A stretch of 59,693 nucleotides of DNA, the filler included, from Dimorphilus gyrociliatus (Eukaryota > Animalia > Annelida), in NCBI GenBank assembly GCA_904063045.1. It is 3 parts of 3 records of this genome, joined end to end, with 100 filler letters (N's around TTAATTAATTAA, not from the genome) between each part and the next. Parts side by side here need not be neighbours in the genome. Positions count along the whole stretch, not along the records: positions 1 to 27,961 come from CAJFCJ010000270.1; 2 more parts are not named here. The stretch is one strand, 5' to 3'. Positions within the stretch are counted from its first letter, which is position 1. Each line of letters opens with the position of its first letter. Below, piece by piece: positions 11,866 through 21,922 of the stretch. A model generated the notes under the pieces. It did no database searches, was not told the origin of the DNA, and saw only the letters and a list, made by a program, of their open reading frames with translations. The translations under genes and the position numbers were made by a program.

Positions 11866-12375
11866 TATATTTAATATATGTTAAATAATACAATTATTTG
11901 TTATTTAATATAATATTGGTATTAAAATATGTTTAAAACTATTTTTTAAATGTTATATGAAAATAATTAAAGGCCTTATAGACTGTTTATTTGATTTTTT
12001 TTAATTATTTAATAAAAAACACTTGTAATAAATTTTTAATGTTGGATACATTTATTATTTATTTAATACAAAAAAATTATAAATTGATTTTTAATATTTT
12101 TTTAAACTTGAAAATTGATAAATTCATTATTTAATTAATAAAAAATTTATAAATTGATTTCTTACAATTTATCACTTATATACTAATTTTTCTTTTTTTA
12201 AATGTTTTATCAAAAAAGTTAAAGGTTTTATAAATTTTTTTATATTTTAAATGGTATTCTAAATAAGGAAATTTTAATCAAAAAAATGTGAAAAAAAAAC
12301 TTGAAAATATTATTCTCAATTAAACAATTTTAAGTGATTTATTAAAAATTGCTTAAAATCAAAGATAAAGATTAA

Positions 12376-13314
12376 TTATTTTTTTATTTTTTTACTTTTT
12401 TTTGAAATATAATTTTCTAAAAATATAGAGCAATGTAGAAGTGACTTTGAGTTGTACTTTTTGTTTAAGTTTTCATAATCTTTAAATGAAAACAAAAACT
12501 TTTTAATTTTCTTCATAACTATATTTACATTTTTTTCTGGATATCCAGAATAATAGCATAAAAGACCGTTAGAAACTTTGTTTTTTAATATTTTAGTAGC
12601 TAATAAAAACGAAGCTGCTGCTATTAAAGCAGAATCATATTTTATAAATTCTTGACTAAACAATACCAATTCACATAGAAATTTAGCTATAGTTCTAGTT
12701 TTTGGATTGTAGTTGTCTACAATAGAGAGTCTTCTTAAGTAGACGATGGGACTAGAATGGTCAATTCTAAATTTAAGAGCTATTAGAATATACTTTTCCG
12801 CTTTTTTAATTTCATTTTTGGTTGCCGTATCATCCATTGCCTTTATAAAGGTTTCTATTCTAGGACAGTAAACTTCTTCATATTTCGCTGCTATTAATAA
12901 AGCGGTTGTTCCTACGAGTTGTAAGCGTTCAATAGCAACTCCTTTTATACTCAAAAACCTATCAATAATGTTAACAGATAAAAACAAAGTTTCAGGTTCA
13001 AATTTAAATTTCCAATGTGCTTCAATTAACCAGTCAACCAATACATTTCTAATATCCCAATCAATGTGTTCTTGTTGTTTAATATATTCTCCATTAACTC
13101 TTCGTATATTTTCTAGTCTTTTATGATAATTATAGATGCTATTTTCATATATAGTATTTAGTGTAAAATCTTTATGTTTTCTATTTTCCACCTTTTTTAT
13201 AAAATTAACATCTTCTATTGATAAAATAGAGTGTTTTAAAGCAGATTCTCCCTCTTTTCTTTTTTTGTTTTGGATATTTGTTATATTTTGAAAAATGTGA
13301 CGCCTGGAATTCAT
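12376..13314 (-). CDS. B-type (G2/mitotic) cyclin
   Basis: Cyclin box IRNVLVDWLIEAHWKF...ETLFLSVNIIDRFLS...LQLVGTTALLIAAKYEE. CCC upstream of the ATG. Confidence 0.92.
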   Translation of the reverse strand: MNSRRHIFQNITNIQNKKRKEGESALKHSILSIEDVNFIKKVENRKHKDFTLNTIYENSIYNYHKRLENIRRVNGEYIKQQEHIDWDIRNVLVDWLIEAHWKFKFEPETLFLSVNIIDRFLSIKGVAIERLQLVGTTALLIAAKYEEVYCPRIETFIKAMDDTATKNEIKKAEKYILIALKFRIDHSSPIVYLRRLSIVDNYNPKTRTIAKFLCELVLFSQEFIKYDSALIAAASFLLATKILKNKVSNGLLCYYSGYPEKNVNIVMKKIKKFLFSFKDYENLNKKYNSKSLLHCSIFLENYISKKSKKIKK

Positions 13315-13650
13315 AATGAAGGGTAGATATACAAAATATTTAAACTAGTTTGAAATGTTACGAGTTTTATAATAATTTTATTTTTTAACAATTTTTTTAA
13401 TTTAATAATAAAACAGTTTGTGTAAACAATTTTTAAAACAATCTATGCTATTTATTAAAAAAATCAAAATGGAGTTCTTTTTTTTAATTAGTTAAACTGA
13501 TCAAAAAAAAATTATAAAATTAATGAAAATAAATTTATAATGTGTTTTTAATTTATAAATTCTATTTTCTTGGATAAAAATTATAGAATAAAAATATTTT
13601 TTAATTTTATAATTTGTTTATTTTGATTCAAACCAAATAAATTAAACAAC

Positions 13651-14028
13651 CTAGTTATTTTTTGGTATATAACTACAAATATGAACATAAAAATCTGAGA
13701 TTTTAGATAATTCTGTATCTAAATCTTCAAACATGTCGTCTATTTCTTTAGTATTGAATTCTGAGTCTATTTTTTTCAAATCATTTTCCTCCTTTTTTTG
13801 TTCTAAATTTATTTCTAGATTATCAAATCTTCCTTGTTCTATTCTATCTATAATTAGATTTTCTATGTATTCTTCATCTTCTTTTGTCCTAAGAATAGTA
13901 GCTGCTGTTTTAAATTCAATATTTTGTAATTCAAAAAGTGAATTTTTTGGTCTTTCTTTTTTAGAAACTTCTCCTAAAGCATACCAGTTTTTTTTATTAG
14001 TGTATTCTGATTCTATTTTGTCTTTCAT
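13651..14028 (-). CDS. MPP10: Mpp10-like U3 snoRNP component (reduced)
   Basis: KKNWYALGEVSKKERPKNSL and IENLIIDRIEQGRFDN match conserved Mpp10 segments. CCC upstream. Confidence 0.8.
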   Translation of the reverse strand: MKDKIESEYTNKKNWYALGEVSKKERPKNSLFELQNIEFKTAATILRTKEDEEYIENLIIDRIEQGRFDNLEINLEQKKEENDLKKIDSEFNTKEIDDMFEDLDTELSKISDFYVHICSYIPKNN

Positions 14029-14177
14029 AATAGAAGGGTATTTATTTTATGAAATTAAAAAAAAAATTAGAAAATTAAAATTAAGATATGTCTTGTAAAA
14101 AAATACATTAAAAAACTAAAATAAATAGAAATTTTGGTTTATTTAGCTGTTAATAAAAAATTAAATTCTAATTGACT

Positions 14178-16626
14178 CTATAAAAGCTCTTCTTTGTTAA
14201 AATTATCTTTTAAATATTTAACAAGATTCTCTTTAGCAACTAAACCCCCTTTTCCATTATAAACCACTTGTACTGACTTAGCCTCCTCTTCAGATGGACC
14301 AATCATTACAATATACGGTATATTTGATCTTGCTGCATATTTGAAGTGGTTTCTTGGGTTAACTTTGTTGTTAAACACTGATTCTGCTGGAATTTCATTT
14401 TTCCAAAGTTCATTTAGAATTTTGATTCGTTCTTCGATATATAAATTTCTTGTACAACATACATATACTTTGGTATCTCTTGATTTTACACTTTTCTGTT
14501 TTAATATATTGAAAATTCTATAGACACCTACACTAAAACCAATTGCATCTACTTTATCTCCTTTTCTGGCTAGATTAGATATTAAATTGTCATATCTACC
14601 TCCACCACAAATAGATCCTACTTTTTTATGATTTAAATAATTTGCTTCAAATATGAGACCTGTATAATAATCAGCTCCCCTAGCCAGTGACAAATCAATA
14701 GTGACATATTCATCTACTTCCATAATTTTCAAGTATTTTATTAAGTTTTTGAGCTCTTCTATATGTTTACTAGCCTTCTCAAATAGAGAATCATTTGTTA
14801 TCCATTCTAAAACATTCTTATTCCCTTTTATTAAATAGGATCTTAGAAGATTTATTTGATTTGAATTAAGTCCTGCTAGAAGTAATTCATCTGCCACAAC
14901 ATCAAAGCATTTTTTATCCAACTTATCAATACAACTCATTGTTTTTCCTTCTAATTCTTTTGGTATTTCTAAAAGCTCAAATATACATGTTAGTATTTGT
15001 CTATGGTTTATTCTTATGTTAAATTTGCCTATTTCAAATGATTTTAAAATATCTACCATCATTTTTATTGTTTCAGCTTCTGACATCATAATAATTTCCT
15101 ATAATATCATAATCACATTGAAAGAATTCTCTAAATCTACCACTATTAACGTAAGGATGATCTCTAGGAAAAACCTTTCCTATTTGATATCTTTTGAGAT
15201 CTGAAATATTGTTTTGAGCAACATATCTTGCAAGTGGTACTGTTAAATCATATCTAAGAGAATATTCGGTAACATGGAACTTAGGATCCCCTTCGATCAA
15301 AAATTGATTTTTTTGAAAATAAGGAGAAATTGAAGAGAAGGGGATAAAAATAAAATTAAAAAAATTTTTTTTACAACATTTCTAAAATATTGTTATTATA
15401 AAAACAAATTATATTTACCTTCTAATAAACCATAGGGAATTAGTTTTAGCAACTTCAGATAAAAATAAATGTGTTGAATTTTTATTAGTAGATATAAGAT
15501 ATACACCAAATGTATCAATAAAAGAGCTGTTATTTACAATATAAAGATTTTTACAGGGATAAGTGTAGTACATGTAAAAGTGCGATTTCTTTATATGAAA
15601 ATACCATCCTGAAAAATTCAAAAATTAAAATCAATGTATTCATTAATTTTCTATATTTTTATATGCATACAAATTTAAATAAAAATGAATTAGCGAATGA
15701 ACTCCAAGATTTGTCGCTAAAGTCCGTATGTAAATGGACTCAAAAAATAGACGAAAAAATTTATTCATTTATGATAAGTAGTGAAAATGAGATGATAGGA
15801 AGACCTGGTCATATAGTACAGATAGATGAAAGTATGTTTTCTAAAAGAAAGTATAATATAGGTAGACTTCTTAAAAAAAAGTGGGTGATTGGTGGTATTG
15901 ATATCTATACGAAGAAAACATTTTTTGTTGAAGTGACTGATAGGAAAAAGGAAACAATCAATGACATAGTTACAAGGTATGTACATCGAGATAGCATTAT
16001 TTATACCGACGAGTGGCCTGGATACATAAAACTAGAGGAGCTAGGCTATATACATGACACCGTTAATCATGATAGAGAGTTTATAGATCCATATACTGGA
16101 GCGAATACACAGTCAATAGAAAACACTTGGGGTGTTATAAAAAGGTATATTTGACGTAATTGTATTAACATACATAATAATTTTGATTTTGTTATTTCCA
16201 GATGGATATTTAGAAAAAAGTATGAAAAAGAGGCGTTTCTGAAACTAATCTCAATAATTTTTAATTAAAAAGAGCTAAAATAGTACTTTAGAAATGTTGT
16301 AAAAAAAATTTTTTTAATTTTATTTTTATCCCCTTCTCTTCAATTTCTCCATATTTCCAAAAAAATCAATTTTTGATCGAAGGGGATCCTAAGTTCCATC
16401 TTGCCGAATATTCCTCTGCTCCTTGTTTTACTAAGTCGTATATTAATACTTCATCATCACCATATTTATTTAAAAGAAGTTCTTTCATTTCAAAGCATGG
16501 AGTATCAATACTAACTGCACCGTGCAGCTTAAAAACTTTTTTTACTTTTTCAAACATAGATTCCATTAAATAAGAATCTTTTGGATCAAAGTCAATAGTT
16601 CCTTTCGGTGTTTTTAAAGATACCAT
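14178..16626 (-). pseudogene. HARS: Histidyl-tRNA synthetase, split by a Merlin insertion and with a further frameshift near 15090
   Basis: LKTPKGTIDF start, EYS|[47 protein letters not shown] and an anticodon-binding domain. Motif 2 reads GKVFPRD instead of the usual RRD. Frameshift between IIGNY and MMSEAE. Confidence 0.9.
15268..16405 (+). mobile_element. Merlin family A copy 3, complete ends, defective transposase (1138 bp)
   Basis: Same TIRs as copy 2 and a perfect TSD GAATATTC (15260-15267 and 16406-16413). Start codon ATG>ATA, 17 bp shorter than copy 2, CGA>TGA at 16152-16154, G>R in the GGPGH motif. Confidence 0.96.
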
Positions 16627-17010
16627 TTAAGGGTATTCATAAAAAATTATAAAAACAAGTATTTTCACAATTTACAACATTTAATAGTTAAAAAATAGCA
16701 ATTATTGATATATATAAATAATAGATGTGAATTAAAATAGAAAGCTTTCTTAAACAGAATTATTTAATTTTTTTCATTCAGCTTTGAACTTCTTTTATCG
16801 CGATAAACAATCTGAATATGTTATTTGATTTATTTAGCACCAATTAATACTTATTATTGAAATCAAAAACAAAAATAAACTGAGTTTATAAAATTCTAAA
16901 ATCTTTCTAAACTAAACCATTTTTAATAATCATAAAAAGAAGCTTTTTATCAATTAAGATGGTTTGTAGTTTTTTCTATATATAAACGAAAGCGCTTGAT
17001 ATTTTGATCA

Positions 17011-18305
17011 GTGTATTTATTATTTTATGTANAAATAGATAAAGTAGAAGATAAAGATAAAATAGAAGAAGATAAATTAGGAGATAAAGTAGAAGATAAA
17101 GTAGGAGATAAAAAAACAGAAGATAAAGTAGGAGATAAAATAGAGGATTTGATATTTTATATTACAGAAACAGTAAAAATAATTTCCTTTTTCAGAGATT
17201 TAAAATCATTAACTATTTTTAATAAAAATTTATCAAATCTATTAAAATTTAATAAAAAAGATTTAATAAGTAAAATAGATTCATTTAAAAGAATATCAAT
17301 ATTAAATCCAACACTTAAAAAAGTATTAAAATTTAAAAAATTTATAAAAAATTGTATTTTTTGTAAAAGAGAATTTAACTATAAAGAATTTATAGTAAGA
17401 CTAGAATGTAATTGTTTTATACATTTAGATACTTGTTTAGAAACAATTTCACCACTTTTTTTAGAAACTATTTATTTTAAAATTTACTGTTTTATTTGTA
17501 AAAAGACTACAACTAAAACACGAACTATAATTTTACCTACTGGACTCAATCAAGTGAGTACTGTAGAAAATAGTACAGAGAGTACTAAAGGTAATACTAA
17601 AGATAATACTAAAGATAAAGGAGAAAATAGTATAGATAAAGAAGAAAATAGTGTAGATAAAGATATAAAAGAGAAAGGTGGTTATTTAAGGTATATATTT
17701 CATCCTAAAGACTGTTTGACGTATCTTAAATTTCCACCAACCTATTTTAACTTCGATTCAGACTTTTTAATCTTAGATAGTCAATTCTTATATATTATGG
17801 TAAATTGGCAACACAATGCTCGTTCTGTTGTTAGTTTAATACTAAATAGTAAAGATATGCATATCTTAGTTGTACTTAGACTACTTAGATTTCTTTTTCC
17901 TACTAAAAAAATGTGTTTAGATAGTTTTTCAGAAATTGGTTTAGTTTAGAAACTCGTTTACTTTTGAGTAGAAAAGAAGAAGTACTTATAAAATATTTTA
18001 ATAATCATACAAGAGATATTTTAAGTAGTAATGATTACATAGCATTTTATAAATGGTTAGGTTTACAGAAGAACGATAAGAAACAAATGTTGATAGACTT
18101 TTTTAGGTTTGTTGAGAAGAGGTATCCACGGGAATTTGGAGATTTTGGACTTAAAAGTGAGGATGGTAAAGATTATTACGAAATGGTAGGGAGTGGATTT
18201 AGTAGAGATGTTAAAGCTAGTGTTTATTATGTAACTATGTATGTTGATAAAGGAAAGTATAAGTTGGTGAGTTCAGGAGTAACTGATCCAGAAGAATACG
18301 AATAG
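17011..18305 (+). CDS. Hypothetical protein with a RING-like Cys/His cluster; probably one gene split by a 1-nt homopolymer deletion near 17930
   Basis: CIFC...CNCFIHLDTC...CFIC and DKVEDK repeats. Adding one T to the T5 run near 17925-17930 fuses ORFs 17011-17949 and 17964-18305. Start uncertain (N at 17032). Confidence 0.5.
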
Positions 18306-18309
18306 AAAA

Positions 18310-18515
18310 AAATATAAGAAAAGAGTATATAAGAAGAGTGTATATAAGAAGAGTATAAGAGTATATAAGAAAAGAGTATATAAGAAGAGTATAAGAGTAT
18401 ATAAGAAAAGAGTATATAAGAAGAGTATATAAGAAGAGTATAAGAAGAGTATAAGAAGAGTGTATATAAGAAGAGTATATAAGAAAAGAGTATATAAGAA
18501 AAGAGTATATAAACA
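18310..18515. repeat. Purine-rich minisatellite of TAT(AT)AAGAA(AA)GAG units
   Basis: More than 12 variant units directly visible. Confidence 0.9.
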
Positions 18516-18675
18516 ATATATAAAATAGTATATAAGTTTAGTATATAAATAAAATAAAATATAAATTTAGTATAAAAATAATTCTGAAAAGATTTTTTAA
18601 TATTTATAGAAGTTACTATATAAAGTAATTCTATACGTATACTTAAAAGAGAAACAAAAACTACCCCAAAAAAGA

Positions 18676-18933
18676 ATGCAAAAATTTTCTATTTGTCTAT
18701 TTTTTATTTTATTTTTTGCAACTTCCAATAAAAGTAAATACAATAAAATCAAATCCAGTAAAAGTAAAATGAATATTTTTAAATGCTGCTTTGATAAACA
18801 AACATCTGATGATAAGGATAGTTACAAACGTACACTTATTTACAATCCAAATAGAAGTAGTACAAATAATTATGAGAGGTTGCCAAAGCTTGAAATAAAT
18901 TTTGATATGGTTGAAAGAGAGAATACAAAATAA
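18676..18933 (+). CDS. Small putatively secreted hypothetical protein (85 aa)
   Basis: Signal-peptide-like MQKFSICLFFILFFATS. CCCC motif upstream. Confidence 0.55.
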   Translation: MQKFSICLFFILFFATSNKSKYNKIKSSKSKMNIFKCCFDKQTSDDKDSYKRTLIYNPNRSSTNNYERLPKLEINFDMVERENTK

Positions 18934-18949
18934 TTAAAAATTTATTTTA

Positions 18950-19200
18950 AATTGAAAAGTTATTAAAAGTTATATATAAAATTAATATAAAAAAGTTATA
19001 TATTAAAAGTTATATATTAAAAGTTATATATAAAATATATAAAGAATTAATATAGATACCTAACCTAAATTAATATAAAAAGTATATATAAAAAATATAT
19101 AAATTAATCAATATAAAAAATATATAAATACCTAACCTAAATCAATATATAATATATAAATTAATATATAATATAAATTGATATAAAAAAATATAAAAAT
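18950..19200. repeat. AT-rich array containing ACCTAACCTAAAT motifs
   Basis: Motif near 19059 and 19130 within TATA-rich repeats. Confidence 0.7.
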
Positions 19201-19216
19201 ATAAATTGATACCCTA

Positions 19217-20381
19217 ATGACTTACAAAAATTATAATAAAACTAAAATACAAAACAACCGTCATAATAAAGTTGAATATACAAATCATAAGTCAATAATT
19301 GAAGAATTTAAGTACGATAAGCTATTTGATATTTCTTCTATTCGTGTACCTGATGAAGAACACCTGTTCGATTTTAACGCTTCAGGATTCTGTGAGACAA
19401 TTTATTCAATTAAAGAACAATTACAAAATACTTCTATATTTCAATATATGAAAAGTATTTCAACTGATGACATAGAAGAATACTTCTCAATGATAGGTAA
19501 TCTATTAACAGCAAAGAAATTAATATATACGTTAAATCGTGAAGATTCTACTAGATATTATAATTCTATAAAAGTAATAAAGAATATTTCTATTGTTGCA
19601 CCAAGTTTTGTAAAAATCTTGGCAGAAGGTCTGGGAGCATTTACTTTAGATGGAAATTTGTATTACCCGAGAGAGCCAATATTAGACATAGCTAATCATA
19701 CTTTTCATGCTTTACGTGAACGTAAAATTACTATTCCTAACTCAAACGTAGCTGTAACAAATGAAATTTTAGCCGTTAATACAAAAATTATAAACTGGAA
19801 TAAATTACTATTGAAAAGACTTGTAAGAAAAATTAACAATGAACTCGGCTACTACACAATCAATGTTACTGATAATCAACAAATAAAAACTAGACCAATT
19901 CTAGAAGAAAACAACCTTTGGACAGAAAAAACAGTTACTATTCTAAAAGAGAATGGTTTAAAACTTACTAATACAATTATTGCTAGGTTAAGTTTAGCTA
20001 GAAGGTTAGTTGGTGATTTATCAACTATAAATGAATTTCAAAGCTTTGCAGAAGCGAAAGTCTTGTTTCATTGAAATTTTAGAACGATTAGCTAACTAAC
20101 TATGAAAAAAACCACAAGACAAGAATCAGAGAAGTAGTTGAGAGGAATTACGAGGTTTCAGACATAACACAATTTGAAACAACTGGGAATTCCTGTCAGT
20201 TAACAAGCTTTAATAAACAACAGAAATGTTGTTGTTAAATGATTTCGATGCAATGCTTGGAATGATGCTTAGTAATACCAATCCTTGTATTAAACTTAAA
20301 AACCAATACCGAATCTCAAGTGAAACTTACTCTAAAGAAGCTATGCGGATACGATTTGTACAGTTATTTAAGAAGAAATAA
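19217..20381 (+). pseudogene. Candidate dsRNA-virus capsid-like sequence (partiti-/curvula-like); 285-aa ORF plus frameshifted 3' third
   Basis: CCC motif before the ATG. Coding continuation past the stop through about three frameshifts (one a 4-nt CTAA duplication near 20092) to ...TGNSCQL...DFDAMLGMML...RIRFVQLFKKK. The capsid resemblance is from memory only. Confidence 0.35.
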
Positions 20382-20489
20382 ATAAGTTAATAGCAGATTT
20401 CATTTTTTTAAGAATTTTTAAAAAGAAAAAGCAGACACAATATAAATATATTAAATATAAATTAGTATAAATGTACAATATTATAAATA

Positions 20490-20780
20490 TAAATACCTAA
20501 CCTAAATCTATATAAAAAATATAAATCAATATAATTTTATATATAAAACCTAACCTAAATTTATACACAAACCTATATTAATATATAAAATATAAAATAT
20601 AAAAATATATAAATATAAAAAATACAAATCAATATAAATACCTAACCTAAATCTATATAAAAAATATAAATCAATATAATTTTATATATAAAACCTAACC
20701 TAAATTTATACACAAACCTATATTAATATATAAAATATAAAATATAAAAATATATAAATATAAAATATACAAATCAATTT
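20490..20780. repeat. Two tandem ~145-bp direct repeats, each with two ACCTAACCTAAAT motifs
   Basis: Unit starts at 20491 and 20636 (AAATACCTAACCTAAATCTATATAAAAAATATAAATCAAT...). Confidence 0.88.
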
Positions 20781-20813
20781 AATTTAAATTTAAATATTTA
20801 TTTTAACCCTTAA

Positions 20814-21437
20814 ATGATTGAAAATGATAAAATAAGTAATAAAAATGTAGAAACACTTAAAAAATTACGTAATCTCTCAACAAAAGATGCTGAATTCCTT
20901 TTAAAATTAACAAAAGATGATTTACAAAAAGCTTTAGAAATTTCAAAAAACAATGATAATTCAAACAACCAACAAACAATTCCTAGTCTAGTAATTTATA
21001 AGAATGGTATTTCAATAAATGGTACTTTCATAAAACTAGAAAATAGTAGATTTTTTGAAGACTTAAAAAGAGGAGAAGTAGATTCTGAATTCGCAAGAAT
21101 GTTTGGAGTAGAAAAAGGAGAAGAAATTGACGTAAGAGTAGAAGACAAGAGTGAAGAATTACATAAAACAGAAGAAAGAGAAGAAAACAGAGTAGGAAAG
21201 AGTTATAGTAAAGAACCTAGTGTTTATGAAATAGGAGAACCTAACCTATCATTAAATATAAGAATAGATGGTAAGAATAAAATTATAAGAGTTAATAGGG
21301 ATGATGAAATAGAAACAGTTATTGAGTACTTTAGAATACGATTTGGAGGGGAATACCAAATTGTATGTGATGGGGAGGTGGTTACTGGTAAGTTGGTAGA
21401 GATGAAGAGGAAGAGATTAGAATTAATTAAAAAGTAA
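20814..21437 (+). CDS. p47/Shp1-like Cdc48 cofactor (UBA-like, SEP and UBX-like regions)
   Basis: N-terminal LRNLSTKDAEFLLKLTKDDLQKALE, SEP-like LVIYKNGISING...FFEDLKRGEVDSEF...IDVRVEDKSEE, C-terminal ubiquitin-like segment. CCC upstream. Confidence 0.75.
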   Translation: MIENDKISNKNVETLKKLRNLSTKDAEFLLKLTKDDLQKALEISKNNDNSNNQQTIPSLVIYKNGISINGTFIKLENSRFFEDLKRGEVDSEFARMFGVEKGEEIDVRVEDKSEELHKTEEREENRVGKSYSKEPSVYEIGEPNLSLNIRIDGKNKIIRVNRDDEIETVIEYFRIRFGGEYQIVCDGEVVTGKLVEMKRKRLELIKK

Positions 21438-21922
21438 ATAAAAAAATTAACAAATATTTTTATAATATTAAAAGTATAATATTTTTATATAAATTTATAA
21501 TATTTTTATAATATTAAAAGTATAGAGTTTTATATAAATTTATAATATAGATATTTATAAGCTATTTAAAAGCTGTTTAAAGTCTTTTATGTAATTTTTA
21601 TGTAATTTAATATTTTTATTAAAAATGACTTTTTTAAAAATTTAATAAATTATATATTTTTTAAAATTACTATAAATGGAAATTGTTAATTAATACAAAA
21701 AAATTGTAAAAAATATAAAATTTTAATAAATTTTTAAAAAAGACTTTAAATAGCTATACTATAAATTTATATATATATTTATATTAAATACAATTTATAA
21801 ATATATTAATTTACTATATTTATATTAATTTAAATACAATTTATATTAATTTATACTATATTTATATTAATTTACTTATGATTTAATTCAAAACAATTAA
21901 ATTACAACAAATGACACCCTTA

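Noticed and set aside
18235-18516. Repetitive 93-aa ORF (LIYSFLIYS...)
   Set aside because: Translation of a minisatellite.
19050-20780. True telomere or CRISPR array
   Set aside because: CCTAA occurs only as dimers in internal DNA between genes. The repeats lack constant-length unique spacers and there are no cas genes.
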